A DNA stretch of 64,000 bases from the human T2T-CHM13v2.0 reference genome, Homo sapiens. The notes beneath the pieces were generated by a model. That model was not told the origin of the DNA, made no database searches, and saw nothing but the letters and a program-made list of their open reading frames with translations. Below, in pieces: positions 1 through 12,862 of the stretch; the first letter of the stretch is position 1; each line of letters opens with the position of its first letter. The position numbers and the translations under genes were made by a program. The stretch lies in assembly GCF_009914755.1 (NCBI RefSeq), contig NC_060936.1, one strand, 5' to 3'.

Positions 1-229
1 TGCAGAACTTAGATTTGTCAGTAGGATCATAGAATGCTGCTATTACTGATCAGAATCTTTGCAATCATATGGTTCCAATCCCTTCATTTCATAAAAGAGA
101 AATAAGAAGTTGAAGGAGGCATCAGTCTGGGAGTAGAATATGGGTCTCTTAATTCTGTTCATCACCATATCTTCTTATTCATGGGTGCCTGGCATAGCAA
201 AAGCTGGGGGGCAGAGGAGAAAAGACTAG

Positions 230-395
230 GAGTATTGGAAAGAGTATTGTTTTGGGAGTCAGAAAATTTATGTTCTAGTACCAGCTCTGCCATCAAATAT
301 CTGTGTAATTTTAGGGAGTCAATTTGCCTTTCTAAACATTAGTGTTCTCATTTATAAATTGATAATATCTAAAGTCTCTTTCATTTCTAAATCTC
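230..395 (+). mobile_element. MIR/MIR3 SINE relic
   Basis: Degenerate MIR core: ttgggagtcagaaaatttatgttctagtaccagctctgcc...gtgttctcatttataaa. Confidence 0.6.
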
Positions 396-467
396 CACTG
401 AATTGCTGCTTTCCTTCTAGCATTCACTAAGATTTACTTTTAGCTAGATTCTATTCTAAATACATAA

Positions 468-612
468 TCATATTTAACCTTTAAGGAATTCTGAGGTATA
501 TTCTGTTATTATTCTATTTTACAGATGAGGAAACTGGAAAGCAGAGAGGTTAAGTAACTTGCTCAAAGTCATGGGACTAATAAATGGAAGATGAAACATG
601 ACTCCAAAACCC
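468..612 (-). mobile_element. MIR SINE relic
   Basis: Antisense MIR core: attttacagatgaggaaactggaaagcagagaggttaagtaacttgctcaaagtca. Confidence 0.8.
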
Positions 613-633
613 ACTCAGTGGGTGAAAGATAAA

Positions 634-657
634 TGTGTGTGTGTGTGTGTGTGTGTG
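634..657 (+). repeat. (TG)12 microsatellite
   Basis: Directly visible. Confidence 0.95.
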
Positions 658-1349
658 CGCACGCACAAATGAAGGAGCTTCGGAATCTGCAATATTCACT
701 GAGAGGGGTGTCCAGTAATAAAGAGCTGAGAAACATTGGCTTGAGTCCTACAAGCCTATGTAAGATATATATTTTGAATACATTTATGGACTGCTGTTGC
801 CAGTCGAAGTCTTTTTGCAAATTGTCAAAAATGAAAGCATTTTCTTATTGAGCAACCAGGCACAAGTGGCATAGCTCTTAATTCTTAGATCTCAGAACAC
901 TTACCAATCACTCTGGCTTCATAAAATGCCTTTGTTCACCTTGGCTTGCAATCACATTTCCCTGATTCCTTCTTTGAGTTAAAATATTTTTCTCTACTCT
1001 TCTGAAACAGAGGCTAAAATTAATAGACAATATTACAACAGGCAATTCGTAATCAGAGAATTGATTTAAGACCTATTATGACAGGTAAGCAAAAGTGAAA
1101 TTTTAATGAGGGCTTGGAACAACACTTTTTCCTCTTTGATTCCTCAAATGACTGATGGTTTGTCATTTTTAAAAGGGCTTATATTTTGCACTGTCATTAT
1201 GCTAGGTATAATGCCATATATTCTCTCCTATGAGGTGGTTTCTCAAATAGAACATACCTGAAGTTTTCCATCTCCCAAGGAAAAATGCTCATAGCATTAC
1301 TTCTTGAAGTGCATAGTTCTTATAAAACAGTAATCTTCAAAATCTTTTG

Positions 1350-1526
1350 CTTTATTGAGAAATAATTTACATGCACAGACCTTAAGTTCAATGACTTCTG
1401 ACAAATATATGCACCCATATATCATTATTGAAATTGAGATACAAAACATTTTTATCATCCTCAAAATTTTCTGTGTGGTCTTTTTAGTCAAATTCTCTCA
1501 CTAAAGACAACCACTATAGATACGGT

Positions 1527-1561
<35 letters not shown>

Positions 1562-1657
1562 GTTGTCTTCAACTTCACTTAAATGAAAGAATACAATATT
1601 TACTTTTTTACTGACTATTTTTTCCCATTCAACATACTGTTTTGAGCTTCACACAGG
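1350..1657 (-). mobile_element. Old L1M (L1MC/ME-like) 3' end fragment containing a T32 tract (1528-1559)
   Basis: tttattgagaaataatttacatgc...tctgacaaatatatgcaccc...aaatgaaagaatacaatatttact resembles an antisense L1M 3'UTR. Confidence 0.6.
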
Positions 1658-2984
1658 TAACACATAAGGTGGTGAGTTATCACAGTCATGGACATGGTGC
1701 CAGAGAAGCAGCAGACGGTGCACAAAAAAACCTGTGTGGGTTAGGCAAGGTCTCCTAGAGGAAGTGATGCTGAGTTGATCCCTGAAGACAGGTAGTACTT
1801 CAGGAGGTGGGCCTTTGGGAAAAATCCTTTATCTGTCTTCTGACCTACACATATATGTCAGCACTGTGGCCTAGGGCAGAAAAGGTGCCATTAAAGGTGG
1901 GTAAAATGGGAGAGAGAGCAGATAGGTTTTCCCATCATACACCTGTGCCTGATATTAGCCCAGGTGAAAACGAAGCAGGCTGTCTGAGGTGGGCAGATAA
2001 TGGCAGATTGTTTTTGAAAGTAAAGATCACAAAGATGCAGAATCCACAGGGTGCCAACTTCCGGTGAGAGGAATTTCAGGGTCCTTGAGGCCTGGGAGGC
2101 CCTGACACCACTGAGTGCCATTGCTCTGCACTAGGGCTGCTCTCTGAATTCAGTGCATCTTTGAACATGGCTGCACAGGATCACTGATTATGCCGTTGAA
2201 AGGTGTGTTAAGCAATTTTCTAGTTCTCTAATTTTAGAGCGGAAGAAAACGAGTGACTCGCCCAATGCTACACCATTGAGTGGGGACTGGTGTGCATGCT
2301 TTCTTGGCTAGCAGTCTGGACTGAGAGTGACAGTGATAAAGGCAAATGACTAGCCATTTGGTCTGTGGCACTTCTGGAGAATGAAGGAGGGTGGGAAAGG
2401 GGCTGGATTTTGTCAATACTTAGGTGTTGAGGAGGGTGAATCTGGCAGGGACCACACATTAGCATCAGCAATACATTGCCATTATCTTTCATTTTCACAA
2501 TTGTGCTTAGTGTGGGCAGAGATAGATCTTTGGGATCTTGACTACCCTTTTCATCTGGCTTAAAGCCTCTACCTCCAAATGGTAAACACATCTCTGGAGC
2601 CCTATATCAGCCTAGTTCCAGGCTGCTGCAGGTTTCTCCTCCTAGGTATTCCAGGGAGCTAATGCTACATTGAGGAGGCAGTGCTTCTGTGAGCCTTACA
2701 CCTCCCTGGTAAGGTTTATTGTTTAGACTCTTCCTCTGAGCTGACATTCCATGGGAGTAACAACATTGGGAAGATAGAATCCTAGCATTTTAGAGCTGGA
2801 ATCCAGGCCATGTGAAGGTGATATAAATAAAAAGAGAAGAGGCTATATACATTTACAAACTGGGATACTCAAGGTACATTTGGGAAGGACCTGGTTTGCT
2901 TTTTGTTTGTTGGGCTATAAATCCCTCTTCTCCCTCCCTTCATTCTTCACCACCCCAATGAGATATATGCTTGGATGGTATTTT

Positions 2985-3413
2985 ATAAACAACAACAACA
3001 AATGACAAGAATAGAGTTGTATAGAAAGCCAAAATATAACAGTAAAGTACAGAAGATATAAGCTTATTTCACTTTCTGATCAAGTCTGGGTAGCTGGTTC
3101 AGAGGTATGCCACTCCACGGTGTCAGAGACGAAGGCTTCTGCTGTCTTGTTGTTTGACCATGTGTGACTGCAACCTTGAGATCCAAGATGCCAGGCTTGT
3201 ATTCTAAGTTGCAGGAGAAAGAGGCAAAGAACAAGCAAAGGGCACCCTCAGACGCTTTCTCTTAAGGATGGTGAATGACAACTACTGCCTGACTGCTATC
3301 TGCTTTCCATGGCCATGATAGTCACCGGCCAAGACTCCACTGAAAGGGAGCCTGGGAAATGCAGCATTTATTTCAGGTAGCCCAGTGCCTAGCTAAAAAT
3401 TGGGAGCCCTTAC
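2985..3413 (-). mobile_element. Ancient MaLR LTR (MLT1J/K-like)
   Basis: aagggagcctgggaaatgcagcatttatttcaggtagcccagtgcctagctaaaaattgg is a typical antisense MLT1J/K motif. Confidence 0.6.
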
Positions 3414-4749
3414 AGCAATCATCAGCCACATGTACCTGATGTCACATGATCCTCACATTAGCTCAGTCAGATGGACATTGTTGACCCCTTTTGACAAATA
3501 AGGAAAGCAAACATCAAGGAGGCCATGCAGGAGGTGCCTGAAGCTGAGCCCAGGTTTTCTGATTGTTAATACTGCATCCATCCCAAATGGGATACATGGC
3601 CCCTAATGCTTAGCAGGTGCTTCACACGTAGTAACTATTCAGTAAATGATAGTTACTTTTATTTCTGTAACCATACATGGTATAAAGCAGACCTCTTCTC
3701 TTGGTTTGGATTATCTTAGAACTCTTTTTAGTTCCTGGGGTCCCAGTCTTCTGTAGTATGTACCTCTCTCATATCGCAGGGTAATTTCAGCCCTATGACA
3801 AGAGCATGTCTCTCCCAGACAGAAGAGTCTACTTAAATATTTGAATTCCTTGGATCTGCATTGCTTTCCAAAGTGAATCAAGCCAATAGTGTATGAAGGG
3901 CAACGGATACACCCAAATCTTAATAATTAGATGGGTTTTCTCATTTTGGTCTCGTTAGTCAATTCAGTGCAGTACAATTAAATCAGGAGAGAGGAGACAT
4001 TCAGGCAAACCGCTTCTCTTCCAGCCTCCAGCCTCTCTCTCCTGCGCTGGAACATTGTGGGATGAGAGATTTTCTTTCTGCCTGAGGTAGCCAATGTGCA
4101 GAAGCTTAATAGAGTTGAATGAGTTTTGTTTTCATGGGACCAAAGGTTATGAGATTGTATTAGGAAAAGGATTAATACAGGTGGTGAAATTATTGAACTA
4201 ATTGACTGATTAAGTCATGTAAATCTGGTCTTAGAGGTGGCTCATAGCAATTGAGTGTTATGTGAACTATACTATCTCTTTATTTTGCTTTTTAAAATAA
4301 CCTTTTCCTATGCCTGAGAATGGACCATGGACACCAAATTTAATATTAATTCTCTACAATTCAAATGTATTGTCTTCTACTTGTTAATCTTATGGCCACT
4401 TAGATATTATCTGACTAAAAGAAAGGTCTTGCAGTTTGTATATATTTAAAAAGCCATTTTATATGGTTATAAGATTTTTCTCATCATAAGATTTTCTTTC
4501 CTCTTTATTGCCCCTTTATGGCTTAGCAAAGACAATGCAAGTCTAAGAGTGTTTTGAACAAAAAAGAACATGAGTATATGAATGGAATATCTATTTATTG
4601 AATTGAATCATTCACCTCTACCTCCCAAAATACTTTGCCAAGAAGTGTGTTATTCCAAACCTCAATTAGTAAAGCTACTTCTGAAAGCCTCAGCCATTGC
4701 TTTACACAGACAGTGGGAATATGCAGATGAGAGCGCAGTCTCTGTGAGA

Positions 4750-5021
4750 GCTGGTGTAGAATGGTGGTGAAGACTCTGGCCCTGGCCCCAGCCTGGCTGC
4801 ATTTGAATCTCAGCTCCTCCATTTGAATCGCAGCTCCTCCACTTGCCAGCCATGTCACCTTTACTTAATTTCCCCATGTCTCAAATTACTATCTGTAAAT
4901 TAGGGTTGACAATAATAATAGTTAACTTGCAGGGTTTTGAGAATTAAAAATAAACCTGTATTATATTTTACAGTGCCTGACACAAAATAAATGCAAACAT
5001 CAAGAGCTGGCTATAATTATT
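4750..5021 (+). mobile_element. MIR SINE with an internal 20-bp tandem duplication (4801-4840)
   Basis: ttgaatctcagctcctcc...atctgtaaattaggg...cagtgcctgacaca. Confidence 0.75.
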
Positions 5022-5189
5022 TGGCATTCTTCTCTAAGGCATGGTTTTTACGTGATGTGAACATTAGTGAAAGACATACAGCACCCCTAAGATGGCCTGA
5101 GAGATATACAGCATCCCGCCAAATGGCCTGAAGTAGTCGCTAGTTGTGCCATTTATCTCTCAGGATGGCTCACGTGAATGGAGACTGGG

Positions 5190-5401
5190 GTGGTGTTGCC
5201 ACCGATGAGGGCTTTGGAGTCCAACGGCTCAGGAATTAAATCTCAGCTCTGCCACTTGTAAGCTGCGTGGCCTTGAGCAGATCACTTACCCCTTCTGAGC
5301 CATGGAAAGGATCACCTGGGGGATTGAAGAGGGATAGGATAGCACTTTGCACTTTACCTGGTCCATGGTAAGTGCTCAATAAAAGTTAGGTTTTTATTAT
5401 T
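5190..5401 (+). mobile_element. MIR SINE
   Basis: aaatctcagctctgccacttgtaagctgcgtggccttgagcagatcacttaccccttctgagcc...taagtgctcaataaa. Confidence 0.8.
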
Positions 5402-6673
5402 GTGGCTAAGTCCTAGAAGGAGACAATCCAAAAGATTTGAGTAAAAATGAGTAAAATATTTTTTCCCTGTTATTTCTGTATTTTCTCTGAGTGTAAGGTT
5501 AAAAAATACCCAAACAAATCCTTTGCTGAAATAATGTCTTAAAAAGTTACTAATGTTAATTGCATGTTGGCTAGTTAAATTCAATCATTCAGAGTATGTG
5601 GGAAACCTTTTGACAAATTAGACCAAATTACAGCTGAAGTATAAGAACATGAACATTCCAGTTCACAGCATGTGCAAAAATATCATTATAGGGCTGTGTC
5701 TATGCACATACGATTAAAAAATCTACATTTTCTTAATCACCAGTTTGATGAAATTATTTTGCTTTTCAAACAGTTGATTTGTTACCATGTTACTCAAACT
5801 AAGGTATAAATTAAGCTATATACATATTTAAATACAAAAATCACTATTGTGGATAATTTGTCCACAATTTTGTGTGTCACACTGGTAAACTGTTGTGAGG
5901 TGAGAACATAATTACATGTACAGTATTGTATACAGCTGTCTTGTAGCTGTAACAACCACTATATTTTGCATATTGTATTACATTAACAAATACTGATTGC
6001 ATTTAACATGCAAAGTAGCTTGATAAACTCAGAAGGAAGCTTAAGGCAATTCTCCCAAAACTTGCCTTAAATAAATGGCTTTTTATTTTAACCCAGTTCA
6101 AACAATTACTCAATAGTGAAATAAACTCTCTCTGATAGTTTTTCACATGATGTGAAAAGGGATGGAGAAAGCAATTGAGCTCCAACAGCCTGAGAACAAA
6201 GCTCTGGCCCTCTCCTCTGCCCTTGGCTCCCCTGGGTACCCACAGGCTCTGGGGCTCCATTATTCCTGCTCCAGAAAGTACATTAGCTTCATGGAGAAAC
6301 CACTTGGTCCCTCTCAGTGGCTCCCTGTGGGTTGCTGGTCATTTGGGACAGACATTAGTGGCAAGATTTTGCCAGTCCATCTAGGCTGTTCAATGAATGC
6401 TAACTATCATCAGAAGACTTTATTAGAGAGTTCCTGGTTTTTGTTTCATTGTAAGTCTTTCTACATGAAAATTATAAAAAGAAAACAGATTTAAGAGATT
6501 TACTGTAAAAAAATATTAAAAAATGAATGTAAATAGAACCCACAATCACACCTTTAATTCATAAATACTACATCATAGTATATATCTTATTATGAGGACT
6601 TTAAAAAAACATATGGTCTTGGAACTAAGAGAAAACCTGGAATGGTACCATATTGCTTTAAATGAAAAATGCT

Positions 6674-6983
6674 GGCCAGGCACAGTGGCTCATGATTGTC
6701 CTCCCAATAATTTGCAGCAATTTGGGAGGCTGAGGTGGAGGATCTCTTGAACCCAGGAGTTCAAGACAAGCCTAGGCAACATAGTGAGACCCTGTCTCCA
6801 CAAAAAATAAAAAAATTAGCCAGGCATGGTGGCACACGTGTCTGTGGTCTCAGCTATTCAGGAGGCTGAGGTAGGAGGATGGCTTGAGCCCAGGAAGTCA
6901 AGGCTGCAATGAACTGTGATTGCACCACTGCACTCTAGCCTGGACAGCAGAGACAGACCCTATCTCAGTTAAAAAAAAAAAAA
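6674..6983 (+). mobile_element. AluJ (full dimer)
   Basis: Two Alu arms, J-type aacatagtgagaccctgtctc and gaggatggcttgagcccagg, A13 tail. Confidence 0.93.
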
Positions 6984-7137
6984 GCTGGAATGAGTTCTTA
7001 GGATTAACTAGTCTTCAGTTCCAGCCTTTTCTGTCCAGCCAAGTAGTCCCATGCACTACTTGGCACATATTGCATTCCCCACCTCCCTGTTTCCCAGTCA
7101 GCATTTTAAGTTTAAATCTAACTTGCTATCATAACAC

Positions 7138-7350
7138 AATAATAGTTACCATTTATTGTTAGCTAACTATATACTAAGCACTACGTTAGGCTTTCTGACA
7201 TTTCATTCTTACAACTACTCTACAAGGCAGATACCCTCATTTCACAAATTAACAAAAGATGAGGTGTAGTGAAGCGATGAACTTGTCCAAAGTCACATGT
7301 TAAGTGGCAGAGTGAGAAAATCAAACTCATGCCTGATATTTAAAGCCTTT
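7138..7350 (-). mobile_element. MIR SINE
   Basis: accatttattg...ttcttacaactactctacaaggcag...acttgtccaaagtcaca. Confidence 0.7.
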
Positions 7351-7625
7351 TTCCATATGGATCCTGTTAGGAAACTCCTCACTCTGACCCTATAAGTCTA
7401 TTTACTGTTCTCCAACCTCTCCATCAGGATTTTGTGTATATACTACCACTCTGTAAGATCCAGTTAAGTCCATCTTCACTCATTTACCCATTCATCCATT
7501 CATTTAACATTGCTTGCATATTGCAGGCACTGTGCTAGATGCCACTAGGAATCATTTCCCAGTCTATGCTGTTTCCTGATGGCCATATCATCTATTGTAT
7601 ATTTATCTTCCTCTAGATTATAAAC

Positions 7626-7850
7626 CAATTGTTCTGAACCAGTGGTGGTGCTGTCACTTTAGAGAACACTGGAAAATGTATGGCAATCTTTGTCATTATA
7701 ATGACTGTCATGTATATTATAATGAGGTGCCACTGGCATTTATTATCCAGAGGCCTGGAGTATTAAATATTGCCCAACGTGTGGGATAGGCCTGCACAAT
7801 GGAAAATTGTTTCACCCAAAATGGTTATAGTACCCTCCTCTAGAAACATG
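7626..7850 (+). mobile_element. MER20-like hAT-Charlie DNA transposon
   Basis: ggtgccactggcattta...ccagaggcctggagtattaaatat...cccaaaatggttatagtacc follows the MER20 layout. Confidence 0.65.
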
Positions 7851-8334
7851 GTTGCAAACAGATCTAGGGCAAAATCTTTTTATAAACTTTCTGTATCTTT
7901 ATCAAGCCTGGTATCCTGCTTATAGAGAGTGTTGGTTAGCTGAAATGATGACGTTCTTTTCATTAACTAAAAATTTTAAGCAGCATTTTCAGAGAGAGAT
8001 TCTTTAATTGGAGATGTGGAATGTGATGTGTTTTCTAAGATTTATTTAGATAAAAGAAAATCATGTTTTCTAAAACAAATGGAAACCCCTCTCTGCATAT
8101 GTGAAATCTTGACATTATAGGAGTACAAAAACTCCTTCCTTGACTCATGAATCATTCCCCCATAATATTCCCATAAATTTCTTAAATAACCTGGTAGAGT
8201 TCCCTGCTGTTACTAGAGTTACATCTACTTGTTTTCTAGGCCATGAACCAGAACTACGACCCCTTTAAGATCCATTAACTTTAAGCAGATTAATGAGATG
8301 ATAAAAGATAGTTAAGAGAAACTATATATTCATC

Positions 8335-9283
8335 TGTAGTGGACATTTGTTCTTTTTATTTGGTCGTCTAGTATCTAATCTCCTTTCTTATTTTTGGAGA
8401 ATCCCTCATTAGATGTAGTCTTGGTGGGAGACAGGATCTCCATTACACCATTCTTGGATGCCAGGACATGAGCACATGAATTAGGCATGGGCAATCAGAT
8501 ACTGTGGCCCAGGACTCTGGCTCTCAAGTAAGTGACTAAAAGGATAAATAGATAGCTAGAATTTATTCACGGCAGTAGGAAGCAATGTATTATGTTAATG
8601 ACGGTAGTGCTCTTAGGTACCCCAGCTGACTGTTCTTCCTTAAAGATATTGTTTCTTCTTCTTTGTCATCCAGAGCTTCCTGGGTTACTGTGGCAGAGAC
8701 TGCCAATTCTCCCACATCCATTCCCCTTTTTTTCCTTTTTGAAGTAGACTTCGTACACCCCAAATATTAGCTGGGTATTTAGCTACCTAGCTAGTGGCTA
8801 GATTTTTCTGGCTCCCTTGCAGCTAGAGGTGACCATGTGACTATTTTTGGCCAGTTGGCTGTAAGTGGAAGTAATGTGAATAACTTTTAGGTCCCATCTT
8901 TAAAAGGAAGTGGTTTACTCTTTACTTCCTCTTCTTCTTTCCGTGGGCTGGAGCCTGGATGTGATGCTGGTGACGCAGCCAGGCAAATGAAAACAACATC
9001 TTAGACAATGAAAAGACAGGTGGAAGGGACCCAGGGAAGAACAGCCCACACCCCTTGCACCCTTTCTCCTAACATGATCCAGAAGTGAATCTTCTATCTT
9101 GTTTAAGTCACTGTTATTTGGCCTCTGCTGAAGAAGCAGAATTCATATCCTAATTAGTACAGTACCTATTTATTTTCTAAGCCTCGTACTCTAACCTCCT
9201 TTTGTTCCATGAGCCCTCAATAACTTTCCAACAATTTCCCTTTTTATTTAGGATTGTCAAAAACTACTTTTGTTGTTTGCAAC
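8335..9283 (+). mobile_element. Ancient ERVL-type LTR (LTR16/LTR33-like) split by an MLT1J insertion
   Basis: Starts tgtagtggacatttg; resumes after 9161 and ends ...aatttccctttt...ttgttgtttgcaac. Confidence 0.5.
8689..9161 (+). mobile_element. MLT1J-like MaLR solo LTR
   Basis: TG...CA termini (tgtggcagagactg ... cctaattagtaca); internal cccttgcagctagaggtgaccatgtgact and tcttgtttaagtcactg. Confidence 0.8.
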
Positions 9284-9934
9284 TGTTAATGTATTTGAAG
9301 TGAAGACACCTAAAAATGTGGAATTGTCTGAACCCAGGAAGTTGAGTGAACTGCAGGTCTCACTATTCAAGTCTGGAAAATTATCTATTCTTATTTCTAG
9401 TAGTAGAATAGCTGATTGGCCTAAGGCTTGCTGTAGTTTGGTGCTTAGATCTTTTGCCTATAAAGGCAGTAGTATGCTTAGCCTGAAATCGAAAAGAAAG
9501 GGAAAAAATCCCACAGCTTTGTGAAGAGAGGCCTTTTATGTGGTAGTCTATAATCCAAAGTGGCTTAAGGTCTAGCAGTCTGAAAAGCTTCCTTTCCAAG
9601 CTAAAGTTAGTGCAAGCAAAAGCAAAGAAAGTAAAACACTCAGCTGAAGATAAGGTCAGAGCTGAGAGAGGCCTGATTCCTCCAACTCCTCTCAGGAACC
9701 TCTGCTGTGTTCTCCCTGCTGAGAGCAGAAACGGTGATTTCTTTCATGAAGCTGCAGTAGGATGCAACCTTCGGGGATGTCTTTTAGTGGTGCCTTCCCT
9801 GCACAGTCTATTTGAAATTGGCCCAAGGTAAAGACCATTAAATAAAGGACTATAGAAGATTGTTAGAAGAGAAAAATTCCCAGTCTTAGACTCAAAGTCT
9901 ATGACTTGACAAGATCTCTGCCTCGGTTACTAGT

Positions 9935-10339
9935 CACATTGGTTGGTTCTGGGTTAGGCACAGGATTCACACCAACGAGAATTAAAAAAGAAGTTTCTGG
10001 AATCTTCTGGAAGGGGAATTTACCTGATGTTCTGTGGGTGGTACCTAGAAAGCTGCTGTTTGTCCCTGGGCTTAACTAAGCTAGCATGTAGCCCTAGAAG
10101 CTACCTGTGACAATGAGGGAAGCAGGCTTAGGATAAAGTGGACTCTGTGAGAGACAGAGAAGAGAGATGGCAAGAAATTGGATGTTTCGTGATATAGTTG
10201 AGCTGCTATATATCAAGCCCAATCTAAGCCCCTGTTTATCTCTGAACTTTCTAGTTAGGTGAGCTAATAAATCTTTGCTATTTAATCCAGGTCCAATTAA
10301 ATTTTCTGTTAGTTGCAACATAAAGTATCATAAGTGACA
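9935..10339 (+). mobile_element. MLT1K/L-like MaLR LTR
   Basis: agagagatggcaagaaattgg...ctagttaggtgagctaataaatc...ttttctgttagttgcaac. Confidence 0.6.
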
Positions 10340-11273
10340 TATCTTTTTGTCAATCACCTAATTTAGAAGGTGGGCCTTTTAACATTTGAGATTCTGCAAG
10401 GTCTGTACCAATATTACCCAAACTGATTATGACAAGTCTTGTCAATGAGAGATTTTAAGTGCTGAATATCTGACACTAAGTCCAACCTTCTCCCCAAAAT
10501 TCAATATCCTCTTAGTTAAGATCTGAGTGGTTCTTGTAGATATCTCTAAAACCCCAGGTACCTTCTCTTTCACCTTTATAGTTATCCCAGTCAACCCTGT
10601 TACTAACAGTCTAATTTCAGGTGCTTCCTGGGGCAATGTCCTCCCCAAAGGTTTGCCTTCAAACATTCCATCTTCCGTGAGAACTTCTGCTACCACTTGT
10701 TCCAGGAGCCCTTAGTGAAGTCACCATAAAAATCACCATATTTAATATTTCCCACCTCTTGGGAAAGATTTGGAGCTAACAAACTGTTGTCATATAAGTA
10801 TCACCAAAATTGGTTTGTTCCTTTTTCAGGAGATATACGTCATTGCATCAAATGGCATATATAATACTTGCAAAATTACTGTGAAAAATCTTGTTCCAAA
10901 AATGGTGCCAGATTTCTCTTTAACATGGTTAGCAAAGATCAGCGAGGAACATGATTCATTCAATAATTCTTGAATGGGGTGACTGAGTTATGAATGGAGT
11001 TCATCACAGCCAGTCATTTCTGTCTAAACAGATTACAAGAGGCATTGGATCAATTTCTTTTTCAAGCAGGCACTTGTCTAAGGGCTAAATCCTCTACATC
11101 TACTTACCAGGGTGACAGGTTGAAATCTGCTTGTTCATGTGAGATAAAGAATCACCTCACAGAGGGCTTAGACAAGGGTGGTAATACCTGAAAGCTGTGT
11201 AAGATTATTTTGAGGAAAGAAGTAAGGATAGAATAACTCTTGACTCACCTCCAGGTCTTTTGGTCAGTCCTGA

Positions 11274-11593
<320 letters not shown>

Positions 11594-12862
11594 CTCATTG
11601 CTTATTTTTAAAGAACCTAAAATTAGGTCTAACCTTAGAAGAGAATCACCAAGTTGTAGCAGGCATCTATTGCATCAGTGAAAATCCTCTGGCAGTGGAG
11701 GTGATGTGCCTTCCTAATCTCTAAGAAATAAAGGATACACCACGGGTGTTGTTTACTCTGTTTCGGATCTCAACAAAGTTAGTATTTATCCAGTGATTTT
11801 AAAATGACTTGATGAGAATACACTTTGGAGTAAGTCATCCTGTATGCAGAAAGGAAATGCATTTTGCTTTGACACCTCTTCTTCTGCTCAGAAATTATGA
11901 TCTGTGCCCTAGGCTATCAGACATCAGTACACAAAATTATTCACAAAGGGTTTATGGTTCAAGTGGTAAATCTAGGCATTTGCAAAATGTTGACCCAAGT
12001 AAGTCAGCACAGAAAGCTTGATCTTTCAGTTTGATGAAAATGTAATTTTATGGATGTCAAGTTGAAGTTCAAAAGTGACATATCGTGTCACACAGATAAA
12101 TAGTTTTGCCAAAAGCAATGCCATAATTCATAAGCTCTTGTCTGGCCAATGGTAACTATCAGGCTGATTAAGCGAAGTGCTTGCTAATAAATGCAGTTTT
12201 TATCCTCTATTATACATTAGTCTTTTCTGAATAATAAAGATTGCCCTATTTAAGAACTGAAATTAGTACTGCAAGCCAATATCCCACACAAAAATACTTA
12301 TATATGTGCTTCTTTTTCCCTCACAAGATTAATTTTAGAACAATGCTAAGTAACAAAATGTAAGTATCTGATATTATTTCCCTCCTTGGCTCCCCACAGA
12401 CCAACTGGATAATCATGCTGGAGGTAAAAAAAAAAAAAAAGAGTAAATACAATCATAATAATAAATTATAAAAAATAAAATAGCTGCTGTTCTTGAAATG
12501 CTTTTAGTGCTGAGGAGGAAACAGACTTGAAAAATAAATAATTCTTACATTCTGGCCCAGACCAGCTTTCCTGTAGATCTTCTGTTACCACCCCGCCTCC
12601 CCGATAGCTCACAGACATTTCTCCCGGCTCTCCGGCCCAGCCAGCCACACAGAGCTCCCTGCTGCACTCTGGATGCCCCACGCTTTGCAAATTTTGATGG
12701 TTGTATGCATGGAATGGCCTTTTCTCCCACTCTTCTGGTGGGACTTTTGTTCCTCTCTCAACACTAAACTTAGTTTCTGCCTTTTGAAAACATCTCTAAT
12801 TTGCAGGGGAGAACCATTTTTCTCTTTTAATTTGATTACACTGTTACCACCATCATCCCTTT

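Noticed and set aside
10340-11270. Protein-looking short ORFs (minus 10442-10696, VAEVLTEDGMFEGKPLGR...) suggesting a pseudogene or ancient element
   Set aside because: Manual translation of the minus-strand frames and the plus-strand ORF track gave frequent stops and no family motif I can recognise. A tblastx/Dfam search is needed; it is not supportable from the sequence alone.
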